Shown one piece after another: positions 8,196-8,197 of a DNA stretch of 8,197 bases. The notes under the pieces are model-generated. The model ran no database searches. It was not told the origin of the DNA and saw only the letters and a program-made list of their open reading frames with translations. Source of the DNA: Amoebophrya sp. A120 (taxonomy: Eukaryota; Protista; Dinoflagellata); the NCBI GenBank assembly GCA_905178155.1, contig CAJINV010000071.1, positions 1 to 8,197 on the forward strand, read 5' to 3'. The number at the start of each line of letters is the position of its first letter. The first letter of the stretch is position 1. The position numbers were made by a program, and so were the translations under genes.

Positions 8196-8197
8196 CG

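Overview
This window looks eukaryotic (probably a protist). All credible coding sequence is on the minus strand and none of the proteins is recognisable. The main feature is a family of five ~260-bp non-autonomous elements: E1 <1-210 (cut by the window edge), E2 4597-4858, E3 4911-5173, E4 5708-5959 and E5 6307-6568. Each complete copy is bounded by a near-invariant 30-bp terminal inverted repeat (TIR), TATCAAATGYAAAAATGTCTGGGTCTGGAA, and flanked by an exact 5-bp target-site duplication (TSD). All five sit inside minus-strand reading frames and introduce stop codons. Removing each element plus one TSD copy restores continuous ORFs: at least 722 aa across E5 and E4, and 79 aa across E3 and E2. 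No GT-AG, GC-AG or AT-AC border exists at any register on the sense strand. They therefore behave like transposon-derived non-canonical introns (introner elements, resembling those I recall from the parasitic dinoflagellate Amoebophrya) or like precisely excised DNA elements. Their interiors are diverged but length-conserved and carry an array of TGTCATGC-N7/8-GCATGACA dyads. The region ~1350-3800 holds a probable multi-exon gene with apparently canonical GT-AG introns.
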